Assembly (NCBI GenBank): GCA_964106915.2
Contig: OZ066918.1
DNA length: 64,000 nucleotides
Reading direction: 5' to 3' (one strand)
Source: Podarcis gaigeae
Lineage: Eukaryota
A program made the translations under genes and the position numbers. The notes below the pieces were generated by a model. It had not been told where the DNA came from. It saw nothing but the letters and a program-made list of their open reading frames with translations, and did no database searches. Within the stretch, counting starts at the first letter, position 1, and each line of letters begins with the position of its first letter. This document shows positions 24,701-59,900 of the stretch, piece after piece.

Positions 24701-27700
24701 GATTTACATTGAGATGGGAAACTCATGCTGACTCTTACCGAGCCACTCTGTCATGACCTCCAGATATAAAGTAATATCCATAGGGAGAGAACTGTGTATC
24801 CCATATAGGGTAGTTGTGTCCTTTGTATCCGACTAGACAAGAAAAGGTTAAGAGGCTCCACAGTCTGATAGTGCCATCCTCTGAAGATGATAGCAAGTAG
24901 TTCCTGACAGAAAAAATAAATCAGAAAAGGTATTTTTTAAAGCTATACTCAATCTTAAACCTCTCAATAACACATTTCAAGACATCAAAGCCTTTAATAC
25001 ACTTCAGGAGAGTATTATCCCCATTTTGCATTTAAGAAGCTAAAAGAATAAGATCACAGCTGAGATGACACAGGCACTAAGGATTTCTTATGTTTACATC
25101 CTCTTAGCCATCACACTGATTGGTTACTGTTCGATGCTTGGCTGACGCCTGATTTGTTTTTAAGAATTAAAATTTAACAATATAACCTCAAAATTATAAA
25201 CTACCAGGTTGCATCCAACATTGCCTGTAGCCCCCATCCTCCACACACCCTCAAACTGCTCTGGAGAATTACAGGATTGTCCAGAGATGATGGAGGGGTT
25301 TGGAAAGGTAAGGTAGCTGAAGCCCAATTACATGAGCTTAAGTCCACTCACGCAACATGGGATGCTGCCCACTTTGAAACATGCTCCTCAGAATGCAATC
25401 CCCTTTGTTTCTTAGAAGTTATTTCATATTCATGTTTTCCATACAATATTTTTAAAACAGTGATATAATATGAAATATGGAACACTCATCTATTCATGTG
25501 CTTGTGAAGATCTATTGCCCCATATATAATTTACTAGTTTAAAATATGTGAAAAGCCTCCTGCATCTAAGAAAGCTTGATCATGCTTTAAAGAAATAAAA
25601 CCATTATTTTGACAGGTATATATTTCATTGTCCAATACGCAAAAACATTTCAGAGACTATAGCTAGAGGTGGGTTTGAGATTCATAGATATTAAGTGGAC
25701 ATTGGCTTAACCCACTGCACTTTTGTAAACAACAATTGTGCAGTACTGTTTCAATTCTAAGCTTTTTGATATTGTACATAGCTCAGCTGAAGGATGGGAC
25801 CTTCAGATTAAAAATATGCTAGTACAGACGGAACATTTCGTGTGGGGGTTCCGTTTCTGGCCTCTGCATGCTTTGGTTGAGTGTGCATAAGCATGCCACA
25901 CCTCTTGTTCCATTCTCTTCCCGGTCCAAAAGGACTCATGTTGGCAATCACATGTCAACTGGACATGCCTAAAATGGCCACCGCCTGTAGCAGTTTGAAG
26001 CTTCTAGCTCATGAGGTTCCTTCTGATGCTCAACATAAATTACACAGTCCATGGGATCAGGTCTCATTCATCTATCCTGAGGTGGTAGACTCAAATTGTA
26101 CAAAAGTCTTCAGAAAAATACTTTTTGTAACTGTGGATACTCTGCTTAAAGAATACTGTATTAAGAGATCCCCCCCACAAATAACTATTGTTTTACCTAT
26201 CAGGACTGAAGCTGGTACCATAGACAGGTCCACTGTGACCATATAAAATCTTCAACTCACTTGCTGTTCTCTCATCCATGATCCTTTCTAAAACATCATC
26301 TGATTCTTTATCTATGAGACTGAGATCTGAAAAGAAAAAACCCTAAAGTTTATCTTCATGTAGATCGCTAGTAGTGATTGCCAAAGTGCAAATGCCTTTT
26401 TGATTGTATCAGAATACCACCATGGCCTAAATCATGATTTTCTGTCAATTTCAATGATACAGACCAAGATGCCCTCAAAATGTGTTTGTCTATAACCTCC
26501 ATCAGCTCCAGCCAACAGAGATGTGCTGGCTATGCCTGAAGCAAGCTGCAGTCCCAAATATCTGATGGGCATCTGGTTGGGAAAGGCCTTCACTGAAATC
26601 TGAAATCTGTGATGCTTATACCAGAGTACCACTGGCAACCATTTTGCTAGGCTGACAAGCATGAACACTTTCAATTGTATTTTCTGCTCCATTCCTGGAA
26701 CCACTTGATTTTTAAAATCTCTGCATTAGCATATCTTCCTTAGCAAAAACACAGTGTTCTACAATAAGGAAGTAAAATAACACAAAATAAATATTGTCTC
26801 ATTTCCAAAGTATCACAACATCTTCCCTAAATAGAGTATTGATCCTTATGTATAGTTTTCCCCCTGATTGCTATTCCAATGGAAGGATTTAAACTGAGCA
26901 ACCTTCCTCCATGTGATCCTCCATCAGAACAGTTAGTGTGTAAATTAGGACGAGAGTTCATTCTGATTACCTGCTGCTGATTTCACACTGCGTAGCTTTT
27001 TGGGTGTCACAGACCACACTCTGACTGTGGAGTCGGCAAAGCCTCCAACGATCATGCTAGAGTCATCTGTAATGTCCACTGCTGTAAGGCCCTGTTCATG
27101 CAAAAATCACCATTGAAGAAGTTTTATATGTGGGCTGAGAATGTAATCACCACACAGTGTTGTTCCCCAAGAATTGGCCATCTACCACAGTGGCGTAGCG
27201 TGGGTTGTCAGCACCCGGGGCAAGGCAAGTAATTTGCACCCCCTAACCTGTGGATTTGTGCCCCCTAACCCGTGGATTTGCGCCCCCTAACCCCCAGATG
27301 TTGCGCCCGGTGCGGCCGGGCCCCCCCCGCACCCCCCACGCTACGCCACTGATCTACCATTAGTTTTGAACAGAGGTGAGAATTACCATATTACAAAATT
27401 AACTATACTGTATAGTCATTTTTTAAAAAAAAAAATGTAAAGCAAATGTTGCTAAATCTGGGCAGAAGTTTTTTGTTTTTAAAGAAAAGGATCCACCTTT
27501 TGGCTGGCACTGATTTTTTGTAGTCACCATTTACGCAACCCTCCTGAGTCCTCTGGAAATGCATACTTTGGTATCACTACCAATCCCACAACTGACCTGG
27601 TATGCATTAAGGAATGTGTAGAAACAAATGGAAGGCAGGCAGTCTGGACCAAGACGTACACGTTTAGTGGCTTCTTTCATATTCATTATTTTGTCTAACT

Positions 27701-30700
27701 TATCCGAATCCTTTAGCTCAGGAAGCGGGATTCTGTATACAGAAGAACATACTTAAAACCAAAAACGAAACAAAAGATTCATTGATGTCAGGAAATCACA
27801 CCTGCACACTGACTGAACAGAGGCCTAAAAAGAACTCAACTTTTGAATGTCTGGGGGGGAAAGAACCCAGAGAACAAGCTCCTTGAGTAGTAATAACTAA
27901 AAGATGACAAAATTAGGAAAATCCTAACTCTACCAATTCTTTTACAATATAAGGGAAGTTACTTTTACGTACACCTCCATATTCATAGAGGAAGGTTTTC
28001 CTTCAAATGATACAAGCTTTTTACATCAGTGCAATGCATCTCCTAATACATGGGTAGGCAAACTAAGGCCCAGGGGCCGGATCCAGCCCAATCACCTTCT
28101 AAATCTGGCCCATGGACAGTCTGGGAATCAGCATGTTTTTACATGAGTAGAATGTGTGCTTTTATTTAAAATGCATCTCTGGGTTATTTGTGGGGCATAG
28201 GAATTCATTCATTTCCCCCCCCCCCAAAAAAAATATATAGTCCAGCCCCTCACAAGGTATGAGGGACAGTGGACTGGCCCCCTGCTGAAAAAGTTTGCTG
28301 ACCCCTATCCTAATAGAAAGAGAACCTCCAAAACATTTTTTAAGAATCAAATTAACTGAGAAAATGCTTATCAAAATATTGACTATAGTCTAGTTCCTAG
28401 ATGGTAAACTTTCCTTTCCTCTGTATCACATCAGAGTGCATGAGGGCTCACATGACTTGAATGCTCCTCCATGCAGAAGGGAAAAAAGCCAACCTTCCAC
28501 ACACAAAGCTAGCTGTCAGGTAAAAGACTGGGGTAGAAACCTTTTCTGTGATATCCAGTTTTCTATTCAGCAATGTCAGCTGCCCACTTCAGTCTGAACT
28601 GGCACAGACTAAAAAAGCAAGATGGAAAATGAATTGAGACGTTTCTACTTTCAGCATTACCTAGTCTGTGGAGGAGCATTTGGATCTTGCTTTTTACTTT
28701 TTGATCCCATGCTGTCTTTTTTTGGCTTCTTCTTCTTTGGCTTGCCCTCCTCATTTTCCCCCTCTTCATCTTCATCATCCAAAGGCAACTCAATTTCTGG
28801 TTCTTTTAATAAGCCAAAAAAGACCTACAAGCCAAAAGAAGAAAAGAGTCATGTAATTAAAAAAAGAAAAGTTTAATGAAACAGAGAACTGGTAGAGCAG
28901 AATAATAAATTTTATTAGATCAATGTAATTACTTTTAAAAATATGAATGTTTCTCTGTGGACCACAACAGCTTTCATTTAAGACATACATCTCTATGAAG
29001 AGTGGTCCACCAAAATTCTCAGCTGTTTTCAAGTAATTGGGGGGTGGGAACAACAGTTAAGTTTTAACTGTGCTTTAAAATGACATGTAAACTGGAACAC
29101 TAATCTGTCATAGATGTCAGTGACAAATGTAACTCTTTAGCCTTTCTGTATCGCATATTGAACAAAGGCAGAACATATGAAAACATCCGATGTAAGTCAT
29201 CTCTAATGCCAAGACAATGGTCAGAGAGATACTTGCCATTTTGGCAAGGGGCACATAAATTTAAACTGCTTTGGAAAATTGGAGATCTATCCAGAACAAC
29301 ATCCAGTTTAGCACAAGGAGCTGCAGTCAGGAGTAATGATATGTAAGAGTGCTTAGCTAATTCTTCCTTATCCAGAAGCATACACTGTTAACCAACTGCA
29401 GATCTAAAGAAGCCAAGAACTCTCATAGAACTGACAACCTATACATCCCTGACAAAATGTTCATGATGTTACGTATTTATTAACCTCATACCTTTGCTTT
29501 ATTAGCCTCCCGTTTTGCCTCTCCTGCCAAACTTCCCACCATAGCATCAATCTGTTGTTTACTGCGAGGCATTCCATCAAAGATATCAATGTAAAGATGT
29601 TCCTGAACAATATTCCAGATCTGATTGTTCTGTTTTTCCTGAAGGTGTCTCTTCAATAGCTGATAAGAATCACGGGAAATTCGCAGCACAAACTTGCTCG
29701 TTCGAAAATCCAGCATTGTCTCATTCCCTCTCATGTGCTCTTTTTTGGTTAAACTTGATAGTACACGCAAGTCATCTTGATAATAACACTCCTGATCTCC
29801 ATGAAACCTAGAAAAAGGTTAGAATCACACAAAAGATGTGTAGGGGGACAACTGTCTAAACAACTTAAGTTCTGTGATCTTCAGCATTTTTTTATTTTTC
29901 TATATTCACACATGACATCTATGTACTATCACCATCTTATATTTAATGTATCTAAAAATTATGTTTTATCAATAGTTATGTTAAAAATTCATTTCAATTG
30001 AATTTTTCACTCCCATAACTGCTTTTATCTCGTAATTTCTTTCATTATCTAAGGGTGAGATCCAACATAGTGCAAGTGGGTGTCCACTTGCACAACAGAG
30101 CTTCTTCCTCGTCTACATCTGCCTGTCTCCCCCCACTCACTCCAAAATCTGCTCTGGAGGCTGAGGAGAAGAAAAACTAAGTCCTGTTGCACAAGCAGGC
30201 GTAATCATTCTACGTCACCCTTAATGTCCCAGATCTTTCTCAATCAATTGCTGGTGCAGTCAGTCTAGCAGAACATCTTGAAATAGCAGTAATTTAATAA
30301 ACTATTTGACTTTCAAGGTAAACCTTTACTACATAGTTCATTATACCAGAAGAAAGCCACAATTCTAAAGCACAGAAGCACAGGTGCTGTGAGAAATAGC
30401 TAGCTTTTACAAGCAGCAGCCTTTTGTATTAGCCCATAAAACCAGAATGGACAAGGCTGGAAAAAACATTTCAGATTCCTAAGTAACCACATAAATGTTT
30501 AGGAATTCAAGTACCAAATACCTAGGATTTTCCAGCCTTGGGCACAGGTAATTTTCCTCTGAAGAGGCCATGTATATATTCGCTTGCTGCCCATAACAGG
30601 AGACAATGCAGAGTATTTCATTGGTTCAACTCCCTTAAGTCATTGAAATGAGCAATGTTATCAAATGGTTCAGGCCTAGAAGTTTCAGAACTTTACAGAC

Positions 30701-32971
30701 ATCACTGGAACTGGCATTTAACCTCATAATTAAACAAATTAGCACACATAAACAAATGCTTCCTCATAGGAATAATAATTAGTCATTGGAGTGCAATAAT
30801 CTATGTAATAACTGGGAATGCCTTAAGTCATGTTATATGGCATCTATAAATATCCTCCTAAAATATTGCATATATTTTGTGGTTGCAGGCATCCAGTAGC
30901 CCACAAGACCTAACTGCCAGGAGAGGGGCTTAAAAATATTTCAGCATCTCAGGATTATTTTGTTCCTCCTCTAGATGCCTGCCTTAGCGTAAATGTTACA
31001 GGCACTACTTCCAGTTCACACACTTTAACTCAGAACATCTGCAACCAACAAATTTATAGATTTATCTAGCTAATAGTGAGAACATGAAAATGGAGACTAA
31101 ATGAACAAAATGGTATTACTTTTCAAAGAAGGACTTTGCTTCATTTTCATGCCCATTGTAGACTAGCTCCAAGTACATATGTACAAAGAGAGGATAAAAA
31201 AGCTGCGATAACTCAGCTCGATGACAGTCCAGAGCACATTCAATGAAGTGTTTCAGTCCACTGTAGTACTCTTCATAAAGCGCTGGGTCTCCTTGCTGAT
31301 TGTAGGCAGACAGTACTGCACTTACATCTGGCTGATCTTCCACAAAGACGCCAACTGCTAGGCATTAACATATAAAGGGTAAATCAATGTTTGCACTCTG
31401 TGTAACTATTTCAGTTCTAAACTGTGTAAGCTTCTTGAGACAATAACCTCTTTCCCCTTGATGCTGCTGCATAAATTTTCATGTACAACAACAGTGCTAT
31501 TTTTATCACTTTTAATAAGTAATGACACAGAGCAAATGACTAAGAAACATGCTGCAACAAATTTCTTTTCAACTAAATATTTACATGAAAAATTGACATC
31601 ATTCAATCATACCCTAAGCTCAATTGTATTATTACAATCCAGGATCAAATATCATTCATAAGCAGGTTATGCAGTCAGTATAGCCCCTTACCTACAACTA
31701 TCATCCCATGCCATTGGTCATGCTAGCTAAGGCTGATGGGAGTTCTGCTCTACAGAATATTCTATTAGTGGCGTCAATTCCTCCTATTATACTACTTCCC
31801 AAAATGTAGTTATAAAAGGTGATAACTAAGTCTCTCACCTAGTTATTTTGAAACTGAAGCTGTAGCCTACACTTTGTATTCCTTCTGTATTATGTGTGGT
31901 TTTAAATCTAATTTTACTGTAGACTTTAACTTTGATTGCTTGGGAGAATAAAAATATACGGTAAACAACAGCTTTACAGGAGTGCCCCAAAACAGCAAGC
32001 CGATTAACAATTTTTTAAAGATATATTATACAGTAATGTGTACTCCAAGATGATGATGATGATAATAATAATAAAATACCCCACCCATCTGGCTGGGTTT
32101 AATAATAATAATAATAATAATAAAATATTATTTATACCCCACCCATCTGGCTGGGTTTCCTCAGCCACTTTGAGCGGCTTCCAACAAAATATTAAAATAC
32201 AATAGTCTGTCAAACATTTAAAAGCTTTCCTAAACACATAAATTGGTCAAGTCATTACCATTCGCAGAACGAATCCTTTGCAATAACACTAGGTGACCAC
32301 AGCATGCGAATTAAAAAACTGGATTTTGACCTCAGCTGTCACAAAGCAGCCAGTGCAAATGTGAAAGGTCCCTCCTGCGAGCGACCCCTTCGCTCACCTT
32401 TCCCAGGTGGCCCCAAGGCCACTGCGGGAGGAGCCGCGGCAGCGCCCGGAGAGATGGTGGCCCCGCTCTGGCCAAAGGTGACCGAGCTGAGCAGCACATC
32501 CCCAGAGCCGGGGGCGCCGCCGCCGGGCTCCTGCCCTTCCCCGCCATGGGACGCCTGGACTCCGGGCGCCGAGGAGCCGGGATCCGCCGCGACCTCGTCG
32601 GCGAGCAGCCGGGCCTCCCTGCGGAGGATCTCCTCGGACTCGCGGAGGTTGCTGCGCCTCAGGAACTGCAGCACAGCCAGCAGCGTCTGCCGGTCGGTGG
32701 GCAGCTGCGAAGCGGGCGGCGCAGGGCTGGGCGCCACCGGCGGCTTCGCGTCGGCTCCTGCCGCCAACGGCTCGCCCCCTTCCGCTAGAGGAGCGGCGGC
32801 CGAGGGGGCAGAGGGAGCGGCAGCGACTCCCGCTGCCGCCGTCGCTCCCGCTGCTGCGGCCGGCGACTGAGGGAGAGCGGGAGGAGGAGGGGGTGGTGCC
32901 GGCGGCGCTCCCGCGTCGGGGTCCGGCTTCACTGTGACTGCTTCGGCCGGCTCCTCCGGCAGAGCCGCCAT
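21768..32971 (-). CDS. TAF5: Transcription initiation factor TFIID subunit 5 (LisH, NTD2, WD40), 805 aa
   Basis: Exons 32971-32398, 31357-31120, 29807-29492, 28824-28661, 27732-27597, 27091-26971, 26326-26197, 24903-24739, 23839-23662, 23242-23065, 21985-21768 sum to 2418 nt in frame. Motifs DRQTLLAVLQFLRRSNL, EDQPDVSAVLSAYN, WD40 repeats, C-terminus LHFTRRNLLLAAGAYSPQ*. Confidence 0.97.
27188..27351. mobile_element. Young hAT-type MITE with internal 22-bp tandem repeats
   Basis: 17-bp perfect TIR CAGTGGCGTAGCGTGGG; perfect 8-bp TSD ATCTACCA (27180-27187, 27352-27359). Confidence 0.9.
28049..28307. mobile_element. Non-autonomous hAT element
   Basis: Imperfect TIR CATGGGTAGGCAAACT / AGTTTGCTGACCCCTA; perfect 8-bp TSD TCCTAATA (28041-28048, 28308-28315). 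Confidence 0.85.
32048..32236 (-). mobile_element. Non-LTR (L2-like) 3' end with (AAT)n tail, terminal segment duplicated
   Basis: Reverse strand reads AAGCCGCTCAAAGTGGCTGAGGAAACCCAGCCAGATGGGTGGGGTAT followed by TTA/AAT microsatellite; ATACCCCACCCATCTGGCTGGGTTT is present twice. Confidence 0.55.
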
Positions 32972-34108
32972 AATGGAACCCGACAGCCTCGCCTCCAACT
33001 CAGGCAGCCCGCGGCTTTGCGACAGTAAGGGCACGGTATCCAGCCGTGAGGCCAAGGGCTGCTAGCGACAATTAGGGCGGCGCTTTACGGCACTTCCTGT
33101 TCCACTGGAGGGAAATGATTTCAAACAGAACACTGTACTATAAAATAAAAGGAGAACTATCTAGCGCAGGTAAATGCTCCCGATGATTCTGCGACCGTTT
33201 ACAAGTGATTATAGGTGCGGCTTGTACAGAGGGGTCTATTCCCCAGTTGTATATATCCTATGACAAATATAACAGGTGAAAAGTGTAACGTATACCACAT
33301 TTTAAGTTGTCAGTGAGGAGGATTCTGAGATGTCTTTGAGAGAGTTCTGTGAAACTCGAATGGTGGTGTATTTCTGTCTTCTGCACCCTCACACACTTAA
33401 AAGCCAATTCTAAACAACGTGTTGGCTATTTTATTGATTTAGCTGAACCTCGGGATATTATATAATCCCCTTCTGTAAATTGCTTAGATTTTTCGTATCG
33501 AGTGACTAAAAAGTCAAATTTGTAACAATAATGATGTGCAAGCACAACGCTTTCACCACAGACCCTTTCACCAACACTGGCATCAGAATGATTTCACTAT
33601 GCGCCCATTTAAATTGTCTAAATCAAAACTGTTATTAAGCAGTAGCGAGCGTTAAGTTTAAGAAAACCATTTTATGTATTTTATTACAATAGGAATCAAA
33701 ATTCAGCTTTAAGACCAAGTGCTGCTGTACTGATGTCGTTGTTATATATTTATTTGTACCCCGCCTTTCCCCGTAACTGGAACTCAAGGCGGCTTACAGG
33801 TAAAAAAAAACACCTAGAGTCCTGGCTCACCGTTGCGAGAGAGAGAGAAAACTCAGTTTCCCAGAGTACATAGGGGTTGTATGTGAACGAGGCAGATGCC
33901 CTAAAAGCGTGCGCGCCAAGAGGCTTTGCGCACGCGCCTTGAAGCTGTAGTCACGTTTAGGGAAGGATCATAGAGATAGGAAAGAAAGGACAGGAATAGT
34001 TCCTTTGGGTGTGAATTACGTTCACCCTCGCCGCCCCCCAGGCACTTCCTCGGTTGCTCCTTGTCGGTCGAAGCGGCCCGTGCATTTGTTTCCCTCAAAG
34101 GCGCGGCG
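32972..34108. promoter_or_regulatory. Divergent promoter region TAF5 / PCGF6
   Basis: Start codons 1.14 kb apart head-to-head; CpG-rich ends with ETS motif CACTTCCT at about 33091 and 34043 and NRF1-like TGCGCACGCGC near 33927; AT-rich spacer between them. Confidence 0.75.
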
Positions 34109-55572
<21,464 letters not shown>

Positions 55573-56521
55573 AATCCAACATGGAGGGGCTTTGAAGAAA
55601 CAAATGATCCTCATTCTGGGAAGTTCATGATGAACATTAATGCACAGTTTTCACTCTGCATAGGAAGTTAGAATCTGAAAAAGGAATGCTGTACAGTAAG
55701 TACAGCTATAAATACTGCAGTGCTGTTATGTCATTAACACCTAGCTAGTTCAGGGAAGAGCAGATGTGTCAAGATGACTGGATTTGTCTTAAATGTGGTT
55801 TGGGTATTGGCAGCACTCCCAGCTGACTCCCAGGACTTAAGCTTGAAACGAGTATTTATCTGAAAGACATTTTCACTGGTGTTCTCAGGGATTATCTCCA
55901 GTGTGCAGTGTTTTATTGGAAAAGATGTGTTCTTCTCAGAGACGTTTATTGTCTTGGTTTAGAAATAGGAAAGGGAAACCTTTCAGTTGTGTGCCTAAAA
56001 TGGGGGGAGGGGGGGCTAATCACCTTTCAAAAAACCGCAAGCATTGTATCTCATGGTTTATGTGAGTAATAGCATTAAAAAATGCAATATCCTATAAATT
56101 AGTTAAAATTGGAGAGAAATTGTGCGCATGTTAACCAAACACCAGAATACCGATGCTACTCACACAGCGTGGATGTGACAGTAGATTGCACAGGGCTGCC
56201 TTTGAGGTCCCTTTGGAAGGCATCATGCAACTGATTATACTCCTATTGAAGACAATAACCAGACTTTGTTCTATGAAAGTTTATCAGAAGGGCGGCAGTC
56301 TATCCCTTGCTACTTTCCTTTAAGCCCACATCTTCTTCTGGTTTGCAGTCTCTACCATGTTTGCCTTTGTCCCTTGCAGTCTCTGTCATAGCTCCCCTTC
56401 TTGCAGATGTTCCACTATATTCCCCCAGCTTTTGTTTTGCCACCTTTGTAAAAAATGACTATGTCTGTCCCCCTTCCATGCATACGAGCTTGAGACAATG
56501 CCCTGTGTTTCCCAGCCAGTG

Positions 56522-56574
56522 AACAATAAAAAAAAGCTCTGGTTAAACAACAATAAAAAAAGCTCTGGTTAAAC
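56522..56574 (+). terminator. PCGF6: Candidate PCGF6 poly(A) signals within a ~27-bp tandem duplication
   Basis: AACAATA(7-8)GCTCTGGTTAAAC occurs twice; AATAAA at 56525 and 56552, about 0.95 kb after the stop codon. Confidence 0.5.
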
Positions 56575-56812
56575 AACAACACAATGAAGTTCATTTTTAA
56601 CATTTCCTGTAATATAGCCACAGCAATGGTCTTATTACAAAGATTTCATTAAACCTTGCTATACAATGCTTAATCTTCAACTTTTGCAGACCCAGAATCC
56701 ACCATTAACCCAGACATGCACCTGGAGATCCATTTCATAGTTTTTAACCAAAAATTTATCTAGTAGTGCTGCTGTTGTGACCTCCCTTAGACCAGGCTGT
56801 GATATAATAGTG

Positions 56813-56950
56813 CAAGTGTGAGAAACCCGTGGCCCTTTAGATGACCTTGGACTCCAACTCCCATCAGCCCCAACCCGTGTGGCCAGTGGAGAGGGATGGT
56901 GGGAATTGTAATCCAGCAACATCTGGAGGGCCACAAGTTCCCCACCCCTG
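56813..56950. mobile_element. Old palindromic MITE family (GGACTACAACTCCCATCA core)
   Basis: Imperfect palindrome; other decayed copies at about 6980-7090, 12722-12820, 13824-13935, 38531-38664, and a half copy of the younger relative at 62322-62394. Confidence 0.65.
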
Positions 56951-59900
56951 TGATAGTGGTTCCCAAACCACCAGTTGAAGATCAATGGCTTAATCCATTA
57001 TCACATAGGCAGCAAACAAAGTTTATGCAGTTGGAGGGGTAGATGGAAGACACATTACTGATGCAACTCCCGTGCCTCTTTAGAAGGTGTCAGATTTTCT
57101 TTTGCTAATTCTTAATTCATTACCTGTGCACTTAAAGATTCTGTCCTATTGTGGAACTGCTACTCCATAATCTTAAAGAGGCTTAGATGTGCATTTATGG
57201 TGACCTGAAAAGCTTGTTTTTAGACCAAATGTGTGTTGAAGGGTTTTGCTTTTGAAAATGCATTTTGTTACAATAAATTTTTGATGTAGGGATATTCATA
57301 AATATCTACCTGTTTTATATTCAAAATATCCAGTTTGTGTTCAGTTTTTCTATAAACAACAGAATGGAACAAAAAAATATTTTTGTAAATATTTTTGTCT
57401 AATGTGTTAAGGGATGAAGTATTTAAAGTATTAAAAAGTAGAAGCCTTCCAAAACTAAAAAAGAAAAGAAAAGAGGAAGTATAAGAAACATGCTGGAAAA
57501 GCAAAACTAGCAGGCAAGTGAAAAAGAATTTGAGGCGCATATTGCTAAAAGAAGAAATTCAGCAAAGCACTATGGCAATAGTTCTGTCAGCACAAACACT
57601 TCAGTTTGCCAGACAGAACAATACCCCCTATCTTTCCCCTGCATGCTATTGTGGGGTTTCTCCCAACACTCCCCCTGAGCCAGCTGGAGGGGCAGTGGAA
57701 GAGGCAGAAAAGCCCTGCTTTGCTAGCTAGCCACTTGTGGGGGCCTCCATTAGTGTGACGTGTTAGTTGAATCCCACTCAAAACAATAAACAGAACACTG
57801 AAGGTACATTAGAGACAGGAAAATAGCCAGGGTGATATTTGGATCATTACATAGCAAAGATACATTAAGACATGATTACTAAAGAAAGGTAGAGAAATTA
57901 ATTCTATTATTTGCTTTGAACTTCAGTGTGGAAGATGATGGGCAGGTGCTATGTCTGATTCCCCCACTGACCCCAAGAAGGGTATCTGAAAAACAAAGCT
58001 AAATAGAAGTGATGAAAACTGAAGTTGTAGAACTATCTACAAATCACTGGGCCCAATTGAATATTTTCTAACAAAAAATATTAAATTTGTTTAAAACTCA
58101 TCTGACAAAAATCAATGAAACATTGATTTGTAAAAGGGTTTAAGAGGAAAGGCCATTGCCTTAAATATATTAGAGCTATTATTATGCAACATAGAAGAAC
58201 ATGCCTTGCTGAGAGAGAATCAACACGGCTTCTCCAAAAGGGCTTTAAATTGAACCTAAGAACAGCTGCTCTGGGCTGTAACATGAACCAGGAAACAAAT
58301 GGGTAACCAGTGTATTTGTTTTCATCCTTCTGCCTCGCCTTCATTCTGGATGCTTCAAGTAATTGGGTCCCATAAAATGTCATAATTTCTAATGTGGCTA
58401 TTATGGTAAAGTGATTGGGGGGGGTGAGTGAGGGCACTGATAGAGCTCCTTGCCAGAGACACAAGGGGCCCTGGGTACACCTTTGTAAGTACCAGTGCTG
58501 CTAAAGCTTTACACCAGTATTTATTTATTTCTGGAAAATAAATAGTGAAACAATTCCCCCACCCAAATCAACAATGCAATGAAATTTTCTAGTGCTTTCC
58601 AACTGTTTCTGTCTATTTGATACTGCTACCTCCAATGTGAGTATACCATACAGTGGTATAATCATTATGGCAGATGTAAGAGCCTTTGTAGCATGTTAAT
58701 AGCCCCTGCTAAGTTTTGAGTTTGTTTATCACTGATATAGTAGTTCTTCCTGTTTTATGATCTGTGTTTTTAATTGTGGTTTTAATTAACTGTTATATCC
58801 TGACCTGGGGTTGCTTTGTAATGAAGGGCAGGCTAAAAATATTTTAAAATAAACAAATTGGTAACACCTGAATTCCTACTCTCTTTTATTGTAGAATGAA
58901 ACTTCATTCATATATGGTCAAGAAACCAAAGTTCTCTTTCACATTTCTTTCAAGACTAAATTGTAATGCATGAGGCCCTCAGGCTTGAGGACAGCTGAGC
59001 ATACCCTGTGTCAGACTGTTTTAAGGCTGGTTGTCTGGTGGCAGAGAGGCAGAATCACATGTTTTTGTTCAGCAATAAACTGGGGAGGCTGCAGATGTGA
59101 GAGTCTTTTTATATTGGCTCTTCAATGTCACTTGATTTCTCGGGCCAAGAAAATTATGAGGTGGTGTGAGAATGCCCTAGCTATAATTACCTTAGACTGT
59201 AATCTTAAAGCTCTTTTGTCTATGTATGCATATGCAATTTCCAGAAATACTTTGCAAGTGAACTGTACCAGATTTACTCTACTATGTGTACAGGGTCTTC
59301 TTGGGGTTGGGATGTGTGGATGTTCTGTGTAACCTTGAAGCCAAGCATTGTCAATTCTTGATTTATTTGAGCAAAAGTGTTAAGGGGCATTCATACACAG
59401 GAAAACGTAACTTGCCTTGAGACTTTGTGTCCAATGAGAGCACAATCCAATGTGTGCAGTTTTTGTTAACCATTAGCTCAAGCTCCTGAAAATAATGGGA
59501 GCCTTGGCCAACAAAAATAAAGGCTTTAAGGTAAGTACAAACCGCTGTACTAGGAATGTGTCCCTTTCTAGAGTGTTGCTCCCAAAAGGAACACTTTGTT
59601 CCGCAGAATCTGTGGCTGAAGCCTCAAAGTAAACTGTAGTTACCAAGTAAATAAATCTCTTGGCACCCAACTAAGCTTTTACATTCTAGGAAAATGAATA
59701 TTAACATCCTTGCTTGTGGCAGCGTGCCTCTGATACAGCCTTGACCCATGCTAGGAAAGATTAAGTCAGGAGACTTTTCAGCATCTGCTAGCTAGACAAC
59801 AGTTGTGCCAGGACTCTGGGCAGACGTCCAGGACCCACTTGGCAAAATGAACAAGAGGGATGGCTTACCACATGTTGAAGTAAAAGCCCATTAAGGACAG

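Noticed and set aside
27231-27296. CRISPR-like array or interstitial telomere
   Set aside because: Three adjacent 22-bp units with no spacers and single CCCTAA motifs, inside a TIR/TSD-bounded MITE in eukaryotic DNA.
32304-32870. 188-aa plus-strand ORF
   Set aside because: Antisense shadow of GC-rich TAF5 exon 1; no independent domain or splice support.
32972-33055. 28-aa N-terminal extension of TAF5 from a TTG start
   Set aside because: The ORF-finder start is non-AUG; the ATG at 32971 has strong context (ATT ATG G) and gives the expected MAAL.EE start.
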